Below are positions 11,196 through 26,228 of a stretch of 64,000 bases of DNA, piece by piece; positions within the stretch are counted from its first letter, which is position 1; every line of letters starts with the position of its first letter. The notes below the pieces were generated by a model. That model was not told the origin of the DNA. It saw only the letters and a list, made by a program, of their open reading frames with translations, and made no database searches. Made by a program: the position numbers and the translations under genes. Source of the stretch: the human T2T-CHM13v2.0 reference genome, Homo sapiens; NCBI RefSeq assembly GCF_009914755.1, contig NC_060932.1; one strand, given 5' to 3'.

Positions 11196-14100
11196 CTGTA
11201 GAGAAAACCCAGGGCACAGACATGGGTCAGGGAAGGCCGGCAAGGGTAGGGTCAGAGAGGCCACCCACAGTGCCAGCTCTGCCCACCGCCTCCGCCGGAG
11301 CTTGAAGACCCTCCATCGCCCCGTGGATAAAACCCTCAACCCATGTGGCACACACATCCCCAGGGCGCCTGGCAGCCGACGCTTCAGGAGCTAGCCAGTG
11401 CAGCCTCTGAGAGGCGGGCACCAGCCCCGCACACCCTCCAGCCATCTGGAGAAACAAGGGAATGCCCACACCACAGGAAAACCAGGAGAAGCCAGGGGTC
11501 TGGCAGCCGGGGATGCCTTGGAGTCCCCTAGACAGTATCCGCAACAGGGGGACTCGAGGTGGCTGACTGACTTCCAGCAGAGCAGTGAGGAAGGCAGATG
11601 GGCCACCTCCACCCAGGCCAGAGGGGCGGGGCTGGGAGGCTCCTGGCCTGTGCCCTGCACAGGGGAGGGGCGCTGGAGCACTCACCTCCTCAAGCGGCAC
11701 CTCCTCACCGCTGTGCCCAGACAGACTTATGTACTTAGTCACTGTTTTCATAACATTTTGCAGGGTGATAGACACGACGGCTTTTTTCTTGCTGAATGTT
11801 TCATGCAATTAACAGGAATCTTTTGCCCGAGTTCCCTTCCACTTGATAGCTGGCAATTTACCCACAGCTTCGAGGGTTGCGTCTAATTGCCCAGCTTGCA
11901 TCATGTACAGCTCTGACTGCCCAGATCATTAAAGCTAACTCAGCAGTGGGCACAGGCCCGCCTTCCCAACAGCTTCCCTGGCAGCCCAAGGCTCAGGGGC
12001 TGCTGCAAGAGGCCCCCGCCCCCCTCCACCCCCTTCAGGGTCGCCCACAGGAGGACCCCACCCAGCCCAGCCCAGGGGACCTCACTTCCTTCCAGTCAGT
12101 GCCCAGCTTCCCCTGTGCCCGGGACCCCTGACTGCCCAGGACACACCCTCTTGGCCCCCACAGCCAAACAGCCCTCGAGGCACCCTGCTCCTTGGACAGG
12201 ACCAGTAACTGTTACCATTTCCCAAATTCTTTTCCAGAGCCCTAAACGCAACGGACCTTGAGCAGCCAGGGCCCCTCCTTGAGGCCGAGCTTCTAGCCCA
12301 TCTCTCCACAGACTCGCTCACTCTCCTGCCCACACTGCCCTGTCCAGATGTCAGCAAAGAGCCCCTCCCTCAGGCGTTCCCCCAGCACCATCCAAGCTGC
12401 AGCCTCTACTCAGGCACCTGTCAGCCTGCACAGGAGCAAGTCAGGAACACTTGGCCCCAACATGACATCAAAGCCTTCCCCAGAGTCCCCCAGAGTCCAC
12501 ATCAGAGAGTCTGCCGATTGTATTTTCAAGGTCTTACAAACAAGGAGAAACCAGCAAAAAAATCAATAATAGCTTGTTTCAACTAAGCGCTGGAGAACGT
12601 AAGAAGTCCTTAAGTTATCAATAACCCCGAGGTGACCTCACCACCTTCCAGCCCTGCTGCAGGCTCCTTGCTTCTGCCTGAGGAGAGCATGGGCTGCCCG
12701 GCTGCTCCTGCCCCACCTGGGCCAAGCTGGGGGCCAGCCTTGGCACCTGGGCAGTCAGGGCACCCACTGGAGCACTGCCAGCCATGGGGCCGGGCCTCAG
12801 GGCTGCCACCAGCCCACCCCCAACCCCAGAGTGCCCAAATGGCCCACTTGCCAGCCTGCAGCCTGCTTCCCACCATGGCTTCCCACAAGCCTCCCAGGCC
12901 GCCCAATGCCTGCTGCTCTGGGACGCAGAGCCTGGGGCGATGCTGGCCCCTTGGAGCCACAGCATGACAAAGCTAGGGTACAGTCCTGCTCAGAGGCCAG
13001 GTGGGGCCAAGCAAGGCAGGAGGGACACTGGGCCACACTCGGGACACTGGGCCACCCTCGGGCCCCGGGGGTTCATGTTCCCCTCCCCATCAACCTCTTT
13101 CCCCAAATTCTAAGTACAGGAGCCCCCAGACCTGGCCCAGCTCCATTCCCGTCGCCAAATGCACAGCCTCCCTTCGGCTAAAATCACTTCTAACCTTGGG
13201 AACCAGAGCTCGCCCTCCCTCCCAGGTCCAGCACATGCCAAGTCCTCTAGGAATTCCCAGCCCCGACTGCACACAGGACTGGACTCTGCATTCTAGAACA
13301 CTTCTGCCCAGGAGGGGCAGCTTGGGGCAGGCAGGGCCTGGCGGGCGGCGGCACCATGATCACACTCCTGCGCAGTGCTGGCAGCGGTCAGGTCAGGCTT
13401 CTTTGCCTTACTGCGTGTTACTTCTTAGTGCCCAAGTGTCACTCCTGAAAACCACACGGTAATAACGCAGCGCCAGCCTCTTGTCACAGCCCACTCAGGC
13501 TGGGCAGGTATATTCTGCACGTCACCTAGATAGACCCCTCTCCTACAGTCCCTACCAGACTGGGGGCACTTCAAGGGGCTCACAGTGACAAGGTGGCAGC
13601 TAGTGTGGGCCCAAGCTGGGCTCCAGCCTGCAACCCACCCCCACAGCAGGGTCGTGTCCCCCACGGCCTGGCCCTGCAGACCATGGGCAGTCCCTGTCAT
13701 TCCCAGATGGGCAGCTCGGACAAGCTCATGACAACCCAGGATGAGCAGGGCACAGCCGGACAGATGGGTAGTAGCAGATGAATTCTGAGCTGGGCACCCA
13801 GCGACTGGCAGGAGCAAGGGCTCCTAAGACCATGCATGGCACACGGACCCAGAAAGTCAGGCTGCAGGAAGGAAGGGTCCCTCCCTGGCCCTGTTCCCCA
13901 GGGTGTGCAGCGATGGCGTGGGCAGGTGGCAAGGCTTGGGAGGCTGCAGGACGCTGCTCTGTAGCCAAGAAGGACCCAGGCAGAAACAGGCCTCTGCCCT
14001 CCTCCCTGAGGACACAGGCCCAGGCGCCCATCCCTCCTGGCTGGCTGGGGTTTGTGTAGATAATCGTGTTATTTAGATAGGATGTTGGTTTAATTCCCCT

Positions 14101-17100
14101 CATTACAGACTCCCAGGGCTGTAATTTTTTTTCTCCACGTGATGCATTCCCGTGGCACACTCCGCGCACATCAAACCCCTTGCGCCTTTATTGCCGGCGA
14201 TGCCCCGGCCCGCGTTATCAGCCCCACACACGCAGCCCTCTCTGCCCGCCATCAAGAGGTCACTTCTAATGACTAATCGATCTCATTAGCTTTCCTAATT
14301 AAAAACTTTACTACCGCAATGGAAGACAAACTACAAAGAAACTGCTGGCATCATATGTGAATGGGATATGAGCCCATCCATCAGCAGGGTTTGAGCTCTT
14401 GCACACGGCACCATGCCCTCAGGCCGGGGACCAGGTGGGACAGCCCTCAGGCACCTCGAGAGCCCTGCTGTGTACCAAGCACCACATGCCCAATGACGCA
14501 TCATCAGGAGGGCGGCCGCTGAGGCTGGGCCCGGCCATCAGGGGTCCAGGAGTCCTGCAGAGCCTGGCCCTGCCCACCCGGCTCACTCTCCTCGGACAAT
14601 TCCAACACAGATGGCTGGTCTGATCAGATGGGGGTCGCAGCCTTGCTCTGTTTTATGTGGAGCAGGAGTGAGGGAGAGTTCAGATTTTTATGGAACTTCA
14701 AAGGGAAATAACTAGGAAGAAAATAAGTTGCTAATTTCACAATTGGTTAATGAATAAGAAGATGAAACTAGAATTACTACTCTGTGCAAAGAACTGTCTG
14801 AGGCTGCCAAGCAGGAGAGAAGGCTGCTCCACCACTTCACTGTCCAGCCCACCAGGGCCAAGGTGAGTATCCTGGGGAGCTGTCCAGCTATCTGTCCAGC
14901 TCCCAGCCTGCTGATGGGAGGCTCCATCAGGGAGGGTCTCGCCCATCAACTGAGGTGGAGACCCAGAAGGCCTCTGACCGTGCCCCAGGCCAGCATCCAC
15001 CAGCCCCTGGGCCTTATGCACAGTGGGCTACAGAGATGGGAGCACCAGGGCCTCCAGAAATAGCAGGCACGAGAGTGGGCCCTGGTGCAGACGGGCCCAG
15101 CGCAAAGACAGCAAAACTGTCACTGCTGGGCTGCCAGCCCGAGAAAATACCCTGGTTCTAGAAGCCCCTTCCCCAAGCCTCCGCAGGCTTCATCCCAGCT
15201 GGGGAGCGGGGAGAGCTGAGCAGGAGGCCAAGACTGGCACGGAATTTGCTGGAATCAGCCACAGCCACCCCCACAGCAGCAGACAGGACGGCGTGGGGCC
15301 CACGAAGGGATGATGTTGACTTGCCTGACAGACACCTTGCACCACACCATGTTCCCGGGAGAAGTGACAGCAGCGAGCGGCCAGGATGGGCCAGACCCAC
15401 AGAACAGGCCTGGGGCAGCCCAGACCCTGCATGCAAGGAGAGCGAGCAGGGAAGGGGCTAGTCCAGGTGCAGCCCCCGGGGCCACTGCAGCGCTGCCCAG
15501 GGTGACGGATGGCTGTGGGCTGTGGGCTGAGGGCATTCCGGCCAGTCAGGCCCCCCATCCCTAATTCCTGAAGATTCCACCTTCTTTGTACACTGCCTGA
15601 TCTGCTTTTTATCAACAGCTGCCCTGGCACCTCACCATCTCCACACTGCCTATGTCCTTCTCTGACTAACGGCAGCTTGCACGCCTGCAAACCTACTTTT
15701 CCTGGTGTCTGTGACCCGTTTCTGTGTCTTTCCAGTCCTCTTGCAGTTTCTGAGGCGGTGCCAACTCTGTGCCAGCCCAGGTCTCTGGCCCCGGTGCCCT
15801 GAGCACGAGGCAGGAGGGGCCGGGCAGCAGCACCGACTGGGGATGGCACCTTCCAGTACGGCCGTGAATGCCCCACAGGCAAGCAGGACACGGCCTAAAG
15901 AGAGGGCAGGAGGCCCTGTGCCATCCCCAGAAACCTGAGTTCACCCGGCCCCCGGACACAGCTCCAGTCACACTCCCCGCCCCACTCACTGGCTGGGCCT
16001 CTTCCTCCGGCACTGCCTGACCACCCCAGAGCTCAGGGGGTTGCACCTTCAGCCCCACAGCCGCAAGAGGGCGCCAGGGACGAGGCAACGTCTCCTCCCA
16101 CAGAGCAGAGTTCCCACGATTAATCGCCTAATTAGAGCTGTGATTACAACTGAGAGTGCTCAGTGGCACGGGGAGGTACACGCAGCGGGCAGGACCCCGG
16201 GAAGTGCCCCTCCAGGAGAGCCGAGCCTGCCTGGAAGGAGCAGAGCCTGGGGTTCCTGAGAGAGGAGAGAGCAGGGCATAGGCCCAGCGCCAGAGGAGTC
16301 GGGGCTGCAAGAGGCGGGGACAGCCTGGGCAGGGGGTGCCCAGGCGCTGTGGGGAAGTCGGGGCGGGGGGCGTGGGAGGAGAGCTGGGGGCACTGGGAGT
16401 CAGGGCCAGACCCGCCCTGTGCTGCTGCATGGCTGGCACCATGCTCACACCCACGGCCTCAGCTGGCTCCACAGCCTCTGGGACCATGCCGCCCTCAGGA
16501 AGCACCTGCCAAGCGCAGGCCCCACCTTCCCTGCAGGTCCAGCTCAAAGGCCCCTCACACCCCCACCCCTCCCAGCTTGGCTAGGAGACTGCTGAGGGGC
16601 AAAGGCAGGGGAGCAGGGGGAGCCCCAGGGAACGAGGCAGGCAAGTTCCAGACCAGCCGACAAGGCAGGTGAGCCCAGAGTCCCCATCTCCTCTCCTGCA
16701 GCTCGCAGGTGATCCTGCCCCCACCAAGGCTGCTGCACACCCAACACCAGGCCCCACGCTGGAGACTCTCAGGCACAAGGAGTCCCGTCAGGCAGCGTCC
16801 CTGACAGTGGCTGATGGCGCTCTTGGAGAAACAGCCATGAAAACTCCAACAGAGCATGTGGCCCATGTTCCCGAGAGCCCTGGGCTCTTGCATTTCAGAC
16901 CGTGACATATGTCTGAGCGGGGCGCAGACCCCCGGGCCTGCTTGGGGTACAGCGCCTGCTACTGCAGCCAGTCAGAGGCAGCGTCCGCAGAACTGTCTCT
17001 CGTTGAAGGCAGCTCAGGCAACAGCTCTCGCTGTTCCTGGGACAGGAGGCTCTGCCCATTGTGAGCACAGATGCCCTTCCCTGCATAGCCAGGCCTAGTC

Positions 17101-19820
17101 CGAGGCACCTCCTGGAAGGCACCTGGGCCTGGCAGCTCCTCACAGCCTTTGCTGAGGCTGGTGGGGGTGGACAGGGTGGCCCAGCCAAGGTGAAGGGCTA
17201 TGGAGCAGCTGAAATCCAGCTTGGCCCCCGACCAGTGTAGCTCGCCAGGGCTGCACAACAAGGGCCCCTCCACCAGCCCCTTTCTGAAGTCGGCCCAGTC
17301 TGAGTTGTCCCCTGGGGCCACACAGAGTCGCCACCTTGGTAGCCTGGTGCTCACCCCTGGCACTTCCACACGCTAGGTCCTGAAGGTGGCGAGGCCAAGG
17401 CTACACTGGGGGTGACATGGGCTCTGGCCTCCAAGAAGGGGTAGGCAGACCCCAGGGGCCATCAGGAGCGGCTTCCCCGAGGTCCACCATGTGCAGGGGG
17501 CAGTGAGGTCAAACAGGAGGTCTCTGGCCCTCAAGTGCCACCGTGAGGTCCACAGGAGACTGCCCTCTCTCCCAGGAGCCTCAGGCCGTGTGTCCCCACC
17601 ACTCCCACCCGGGCTGCCACCGCAGGCCCCATCCTGGCTCGGGCCCTGGTCTCCCCAGTGTCTGCAGCATCCACAGTGGAGCTGGCCTGGAGCCATTGGC
17701 CCACCCAGGGCCTGCCTCCCAGCGTCCACTCGGTGTTACCACACAGCAAACATGATCCTGCCAGGACACACAAGTGCACTCAGGAGCACACGCAGAGACT
17801 GACATGCACACGGTGGGCGGTGGGCATGCACACAGGCGTGAGCACACATGCATGGTCATTCCCGATCCTGTGGCTCTCGCCCCTAGCAGCCAGGACGGGG
17901 CCGGGTTGCTCACCCCACAAACCTGTACCCTGCTCTCGCGCCCCCTCAGGCCCTCGAGTTTCACGCAGAGCCAGGCCATGCAGTTCAAATGCAGCCCAGC
18001 CCAGGAGCTGGGCTCACCGCCTGGACGTTCACCTGCGGGCACCCATCTGCAGGACCAACAGCCTCGTTTCTACTGACACCTGGTGCAGTGAGGGGCTGCA
18101 TGGCCACGCTCCAAGGCCACTCTCCGAGGCAGGACAGGAAAGCCTCCTTGGTTCTTTGTCTGTTTCTTCTCTCTGCCCTCCTCAGTCCCCTCCCTGTCAG
18201 GCCCATGTGCGGCTAGGCCCGGCCGCCGCATCTGCTGTGGTCCTGGGTGTCTGCTCCTGCAGGACAAGGCCTGTGCCCGGCCAGTGCCCCCACCATCCTG
18301 CAGACACACACCCCTCCCGTGAATGCTGGGAGCTCAGGGAGCGTGCCATGCCTTGCACCCACCGTCTGGATTCACCAGTCCTTACTGCTGGGTTCCGAGA
18401 AACATGAGGGTCAGTCCCTGGGGCCCAGGCCTGCCATGGGGCTCCCGCCTCGCTCCCCGATCCGGAAGCCCAGCCTCTGCTTTTCTCTTCCCCGACCACA
18501 CATGGGCAGTTCCCAGCTGCTTTTCTCATCTAGACACCGAGCAGGGCAGGATGGAGCCAGCCTGTGGCGCATACGCACTCCCCCCGCTGCAACGCCTTGG
18601 CCCTCCATCATGCCAGCCAGGCAGGTCATCGGCAGGGCCCCTGGGGCGCAGCGAGGGGCTGCAGTGATTAGTACTGATGAGCACACAAACCGGGCCAGTC
18701 ATGCGTGACATCAGCTTCCGGCAGACGGCACTGGCAGGCTGTGGGGACCCTGCAGTTGTGCGGAAAAGTGGAATCATAGTGGGCACCACGGGAGGCTCAG
18801 GCTCTCCCCACGAACGGGCCTCCCAGGCCCCTCCACTGTTTGGAGGGAAAGATTCGGGTAGGGCTCCTGCCTGATTCTGGCCAGCTCAGGCAGAACGTCC
18901 CCATCACGAGAAGGAAGGCACCTCTGCCCCTTCTGGCCACCACACAGAACCCACAATGCCAGCCACATCAGCTGAGGGCACCTCGGCCCCTCAGCCCACA
19001 GGTGGGAATGTGGCCAAGGCCTAGAGGAAGACACCAGCCCACGATGCCCACAGATGGCACAGCTGGGCCAGGCAGGGGCTGGGCCAAGGAGCCTTCGCAG
19101 GTGCCTTTGGAAGGGATGGAGACTGGACACACCGGCCGCCTCTACCTGTGCACCCGGACCACCATCTATGTGGGCAGACCCCTGGCTGTGCTGGCACAGG
19201 CTCACTGCCCACCTGGAGCCAGCCCCAGGGGTTACCCACACTCAGCACCCTAGCATCTAGCCAGCCCTGCCGCTTCCAGCCCAGGCCCTGCAGGTGCAGG
19301 GAGTGTGCTGCTGACGTGGCTGGGCCCTCCGCCCCTGCTGGCCCTCCCCTTGAGTGGCTGGGTGTGCTTCAGGCCCGTCCATTTCTCTAAATGAGCCGCA
19401 ATGGCAACCGAGGCAGGGGGCGGCTGGTGAGTGCCCCGCCCCTACGCTGGCGCGGCAGGAGCTGCCAGGACCGCACTCTAACAAGCCTCAGATGTGGGAT
19501 GACTGGAACCACAAAGTATGAATTTTTATGAGTCTAATAAATCACTCCACTTTTCTTGTATGTGATGGCTCCCAGGACCTCAAACGCTGCAGACAGAGGG
19601 AAGGAGCCCCTGTATGTGGTGGTGGCCAGGAGCAGGGCCACGGGGCCGCTGGGGCCCTCCTGGGCACCCTCGAACCCTCTGGCCCCACGCCCTGAGGCTG
19701 CTCCGCAGGGTGGAGAGCAGAGACCTGCTCGCTGCCCCCATTAGGCCCTCCCTGCCAGAATCCCACATTGGCAGAAAAACTTGCCTCAAAGCCTCGTCAG
19801 CGCGAAAGGAAACTTTGCAA

Positions 19821-19821
<1 letters not shown>

Positions 19822-19860
<39 letters not shown>

Positions 19861-19869
19861 ACACACACT
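19822..19869. repeat. (CA)n microsatellite
   Basis: Near-perfect CA run with one TA interruption. Confidence 0.95.
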
Positions 19870-22800
19870 CACTCTCATGCACATGCTCACCCCACAACAG
19901 AGACTGCAGAGGACCCCAGCCCCGAGACAGGAGGAGCAGGTGCATCCGGCCCCTCCTGGGAGCCCTGCCAGGACTGCCTGGGAGGCTGGGCCCCAGCACC
20001 TCCCCAGGTGGGTGCAGCACGTGGCCAGCCACATGAGAGGATGGCCCCTCAGCTTTCATGTCCTGGCCTCGCGTCCCTGGGACGCAGCCCCGTGGGATCC
20101 GGGGATTCATCTTTGACAAACATTTACGGATTATCAAATCACAACGGCAGCCCGACAGGGCCATAAGTCACCCTAAGCAGCCATCCGCAGTGCAGTCTGA
20201 GGAGTTTGGGCAGCTCAGTGATGACAAATGACCGCTGTCAGCCGCCCTGTCCCCCCCGTGTGGGATCCGTGCTCTCTGTTGTTCCACACTACCTGGTGTT
20301 TAATGACAACACTGTCAGCTGGAGACGCAGCACCACCGAAGCCGCTGCCGCGGACTGTCAGAGCCCTATTAAAGGGAAGATTGAGACCCTACTCTTCTTA
20401 AAGTCACTCAAGCAACACAAGCTGCTAGTTCCCGTTAATTATTGTGCGCGAGCCATCGATCGCACGCCGACACCTGACCCGTCTGTATGAAATGGGAATA
20501 GTTTGCTCCGTGACAGTTGCTATAGATTATGGAGAGTGGGGCTTCCTCCCCTCTTCCCCACGGCTCTACCCAGCCTCAGGTGCAGGGGAAGGGAGGGGGC
20601 CTCCCTGCCCTCCACGGCTGGAGAAGACAGTGCAGCAGGCAGCTAAGGGGGTTCCCAAAAAGGGTGAACACAGGCCTTGGGCAGGGGTGCAGAGGAGCAG
20701 GAGGAAACCGGACCAAGTTGGGCCTGTACCCCAGGCCGCGCTCCAAGCAGGTGGGGTAGGCTCGGGGCATGCAGGCTGCAGCGAAGGACAGCTGGGCTTG
20801 GGCCTGGCCAGGTGTGTGTGTGGCCAAGCGTGCACCCAGCCTCGGTCCCCACTTCACAAAGAAGGGCACTGGGGCCCAGGGCACGTGCTCTGTGAACGAC
20901 GTCTCCCAAGCTCTCCCCACTGGCCTGCAGCCCCAGCCAGCCTGTGTGTTCAGAACCCCAGGCCTGCGGCTCACCTGCTCCCAGTCTGGCCATAAGAGGC
21001 ACCTGGGACGGGCCCTTCCCAGGGCTGGGAGCTCTGCCGGATTGAGAACGCCTCTTCACCTTGTCTCTGCTTTGACCCCCCGCTCCTGCCTGCCCCGCAC
21101 CTGAGCTCCCTCCCCGAATCTCCAGGCCCACCTGTGCTCCCTGCCCCACCTGCACACACAGTTACTGGGAGCACTCAGATACTCGAGGGCGGAAGAGCAG
21201 CCCCCAGAGGACAGACCTGCTCGGGGCCAGGACAGCAGCTCCAGGCTCTGAGTGAGGCACGGCCAAGCCCCGAGGCCCTGGCCACCACGTCTCAGGGTAC
21301 AGGACCTAGAGGCGGCCACTCAGCACAGCCTCAGGTCTCCTGGTCCACAGGGCCCCCAGCCCTTCTGCATGAGCGCCATGGCCCTGGTGCTGCAGGAGGG
21401 GCTGGCGCTGTGGGCCAGCAGGCAGCTCCAGGGCCAGGATGGCCTAGCGCAGAGTCAGGCTCCTGTCTGGGGGGACCCAGGTGATTCCACTGGGCAGTCC
21501 AGGCTGGAAACGGCCTCAGCCTAACCCAGGGAGCCCGAGGCCCTTCCCTCCCAGCCCACCCCTGACCTTCACATGGCTGGGCCTGGCTGGATCCCAAGGT
21601 CAGTGGAACAGATCTGGGGCCAACTGGCTGCCGGGCGGCACGGAGACCCAGCTCCGCCATGTGGCACGGCCTTCTCTCAGGAATCCTCTTCTGCTTCCTC
21701 TGAGCATAGCCCAAGAAAGACTCTTTGGAGAGAGTCCTGGCAACACCCTCCACAGAAAGCAGCGGCCCCTGAGAGAAACGACGTGTCCCGCTCAGACAGA
21801 AACCGCAGGCTGCCAGGACTCCCCGGCCACATGCCGCTCTCCTCTGGGCCACTCCTGGCCTTTCCTGTGACTGCGGGACAGTGGGTAGGCCGCAGAGGGG
21901 AGGTCGTGGATGCCAGGCACCAGGTGTGCCCTGAGGGCCTCCTCCAGGGCTGGTCTTGGCAGCCACAGCACCGGGGCCAGGCCCACCAAAGCTGGAGATG
22001 GCACGTGGGAGCCACAATCGCAGTCTCAGGGACACTGGCCCGACCGCTTGTGCTCCCTCTGGCACATACAAACGTGCAACTGGGGACCCTGAGAAGGCAG
22101 CAAAGGAATCCCTGCCCTCAGCCCACCCAACGGGAGCCACAGGGGCAAGGGACAGAGGCTCCCCTGGCCTTGACCGGGGTGGCACCAGCCCGGCAGGCAG
22201 CCCATTGCCTTTGAGGGAAGCCCATCCCCTCTCCTCTGGATCCTCCATCCCCAAGCACGGGGTGCAGCCCCAGCAGCAATGCCTGCCTCCCGGTGATGCA
22301 TCCCCAGTGCACAGTGAGCGAGGGACCCTATGGGGGCTAAGGCCAGGCCAGGGTGCAGCGAGCACTACGCCGGCCTCCCCAGGAAGGTGACTCACCGGCC
22401 TCTGAAGGAGGGGAGGGGAGGGGTAGCAGCGAGTGTGCTGACGGCTGACTGGGGGCAGTGGGGCACAGGGCCAGGCAGGCAGTGGCCCAGCATTCGGGTC
22501 AGGGTAGGAGCTGGGGAGGCAGGCTGCAGACAGGCCCCCTACCAGCTCCATTCCCCCTAACTAGACTCCTGGCCAATGCCCTGGGGCTCCAGCCTTCGGG
22601 GCCAACACAGGGAAGGGTGGGTGAGAACCACCGGGGCCAGTGCCAGCCCTGGCCTTCAGGGCCCCAGACCATAGTGCAATGGGAGGGACCTGGGGTTGGG
22701 AGCTCATCTTTCGGTAAGATGAGCTCATGTGTCTTGAAAGCGCAAAGGTTAAAAATGAGTAAGCCTTGCATTCCTCGTTACCCCAGGCCTGAGCACCCCA

Positions 22801-25608
22801 CATCACAGCCGCAGAAACGGAGGCTCAGGCTGCCCGGAGGCAAGCCCCAAGCGGCAGGCAGGATCTGACCAGTGTTCACGTGTGCTCACACTGGCACCCG
22901 TGGGAAGGACAGGCGAGCGTGCCGTGCTGTGTGCGTGCACATGCGCCACAGCGGCCCACACAGCAGCACGGGGCAAGCGGCCCGCCTCACCTTTCACAGC
23001 CGCAGGCCCCACGGTCAGGCCACCTGGGGACAACAGCCTGACCAGACCCCAGGGCAGCCAAGGCCACCACTCCATCCATGCACAGGACTCATCACGGGCC
23101 CAAAGGCTGCACTGCAGGGGACGCAGGACACCCCCGCAGTCCCAGAGGTGCCCTGCCCTGTGGGAAGCCACGGCCCAGCACCTCTGAGCCCGACGGTGCC
23201 ACAGGGGAGCTGCGCCAGCCCCATGCCATCCCAACAGACGCAAACCACCCCCCAGCCTGCCTAGGGCCGCCCCCCAGGCCTGGCAGGACTGGAACAGCAC
23301 TGCTCGCCCCACCCACCTCCTTCCCACACGAAGGCACAATGGAACTGGGTGGGCTTCTTCGGGGCTCAAGGAGGGGCCCTGGCAGAAGGCAGGAGCGGTG
23401 GGGGTGCCCAGAGCTCTGCAGGGCAGCCCCAGCCCTGGATGCATGGCCAGCATCATGAAAATGCTGCCTAGGGGCCACCATGAGAAAGAGGCAGGTGGGG
23501 TCTCCCCCTCAACAGAACAAAGAAGAGGCTGAGAGCTCTTCAGCAGGGGACTGATGTCTCCCGGGAGAGGGCAGGTTGGGGGCAGGCTCCCCTGCTGGAC
23601 CCCGACTTGGGAGGAAGTAAGAGCACCCTTCCGGGGCCACTCCAGCCCTGCATGCGGTGAGGGGGCAGCTGGAGGCCACCAGGAAAGCCTGGGGGTGGTG
23701 GAGCCGATGGCCAGCTGCCCACCCTGCGCCCCCACACAGCCCTGGTGCTGCTTCGTCCTCCCAGGCCCACGCAGTGGGAACCGGCTGGGAAGCACCGGGG
23801 TGCAGGTCAGAGATGTACCGCAGGGTGCTGGTTTCAGCCGGGCCCACCCAGACACCCCGAGATCACCCAGCCTTGTAAGCTTCTGGCTGGAGCCAAGTTT
23901 TGCGTCCTCCAATCCTCAGGCAGAGCCCAGGCTGAGCCGTTTCCATTTGCCACAAGGTTCTAGGCCTTTCCACGTTTTGTGAGCGTCCACCTCGAGACAC
24001 CCCAGATCCCAGCTGGCCAGCACTGCCCCGCTAACAGGGCTGTGGGGCTGAATCTCACAGTGTCCTTCTGCCCCATGGGACAGAACATCTGATTTCCCAC
24101 TGACAGGCAGCTCACGGTGCCCACTAGGGCCCACCCCTGCCCAGGAGCTAGGCCAGGAGCTGCCCCCTCCCTGCCTCGTTGGCTGGTGCTCTGCCCAGCA
24201 GCACCCTCCATGGCTGGGTTTCTGGCCCGTATACCCAGAGAGGGGATCAGGCTTCATAGCAGCAAGTTTCCCACACACACTCACAGCCACACAGGTAGAC
24301 GGCCCGCCCGGCCCACAGGGCTCTCAGCTGCAAACAGCTGGCCTGGGGCAGTGAAACAGACCCTGGGAGGGGCAGGCCCGGCCCCGCCACAGCCCCTGCC
24401 CAGCCCAGAGGGTTCTCAACAAGAAAACCACGGCCACCCCAGGGGCAGCCTGGCTCCTCCCAAGAGGCCTTGCCAACGAGACGAGGCAAGGAGGCTGGAG
24501 ACACAGGGCAGAGGCGCGGGTGGGGGCACTGGCCCGAGGTCACAGGGCTACCGAGCACACCAAGATCCAGGCCGTGAAGGTGGTGATATGTGGGTGGAGC
24601 CTCCAAAGTCTGAAGGGACTGACCCCACACTCCACCCACTGGTACCCCCTCCCAGGTCTTGAGGGCTCCTCAAGTCCTGGTGCCCCATGGGCAGCCCCTG
24701 CCCCCAGCACTATGCCTGCCTCTGGGGAGCTCCCAGCAGGCCGGGAGGACTGGGTGTGGGCAGGAAGCCCAGGCTGGAGCAGCTCCGGGCCTCCTGCACA
24801 TGGGGCATCTGCTACTTGTGTTTTCAAAGGGCCCAGAAACAAGCCACGCCTGCAACCCTCCAGAGGCACCCACCGGGGCAGGCAGGAGGTGGGACAGGCA
24901 TGGAGGACTTCCTGGGAGGCCAGCCCTATCCAAGCAGCCTCCCCGCACCGCCTTACTTCATTCTCACCACCCCACAGCCGTGAGGCCAGGACTCAGCCCC
25001 TCCCCCACCAGTGCACCTGCCTGGGGCTCTCAGAGTCTGGGGCCCCCAGAAGGGGTCCCCAGGAAGAACGTAAATTGAGCACACATGCATCTTTCAGGGG
25101 TGCTGGAACAGGAGGGAGGGTTTTTCTGTTCTCCACCCCACCATCCCAACAATGCAGCCCCAGCCTCTGGCCACAGAGGCGGCTCCCATATTGAAAGGAG
25201 AGCCAGCATCAGTGGGCACGGCTGCCATGGGAGTCCTCCCTGCTGGGGGCTCAGGGGATACCCGCAAAGTGCCCTCTATGGAAGGGTCAGACTAGAAGGG
25301 GTGTGTCCACCCAGGTGTGTCTCTGGGGTCCCTCTGCTGCTGGTCACCCTGTAAGCGTGTGGCCCAGTGCTGAGCCCCCTGACGCCTGGTCCTCTGTCGG
25401 CCTTCCCTAGGGATCCAAGTTCACCCCGAAACAGAACTGATGACCTGTGGCCTCATCAGAGCCTGGCTCACTGCAAACGTCATGCTGCTCCTCACAGGCC
25501 TTTACATGGGCCACACACAACCCTGTGGGCCACAGCACCTCACAGCACAGAAGACTCCCTGACCTCACTACAGGCCTATTTCCTTTGCCTCATTAAAAAT
25601 GTATTGGA

Positions 25609-26228
<620 letters not shown>

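Noticed and set aside
21331-23912. Long minus-strand ORFs of 406 aa and 369 aa
   Set aside because: Pro/Gly/Ala/Trp-rich composition expected from GC-rich intron; no domain; ZC3H3 exon 3 and 4 phases already join without them.
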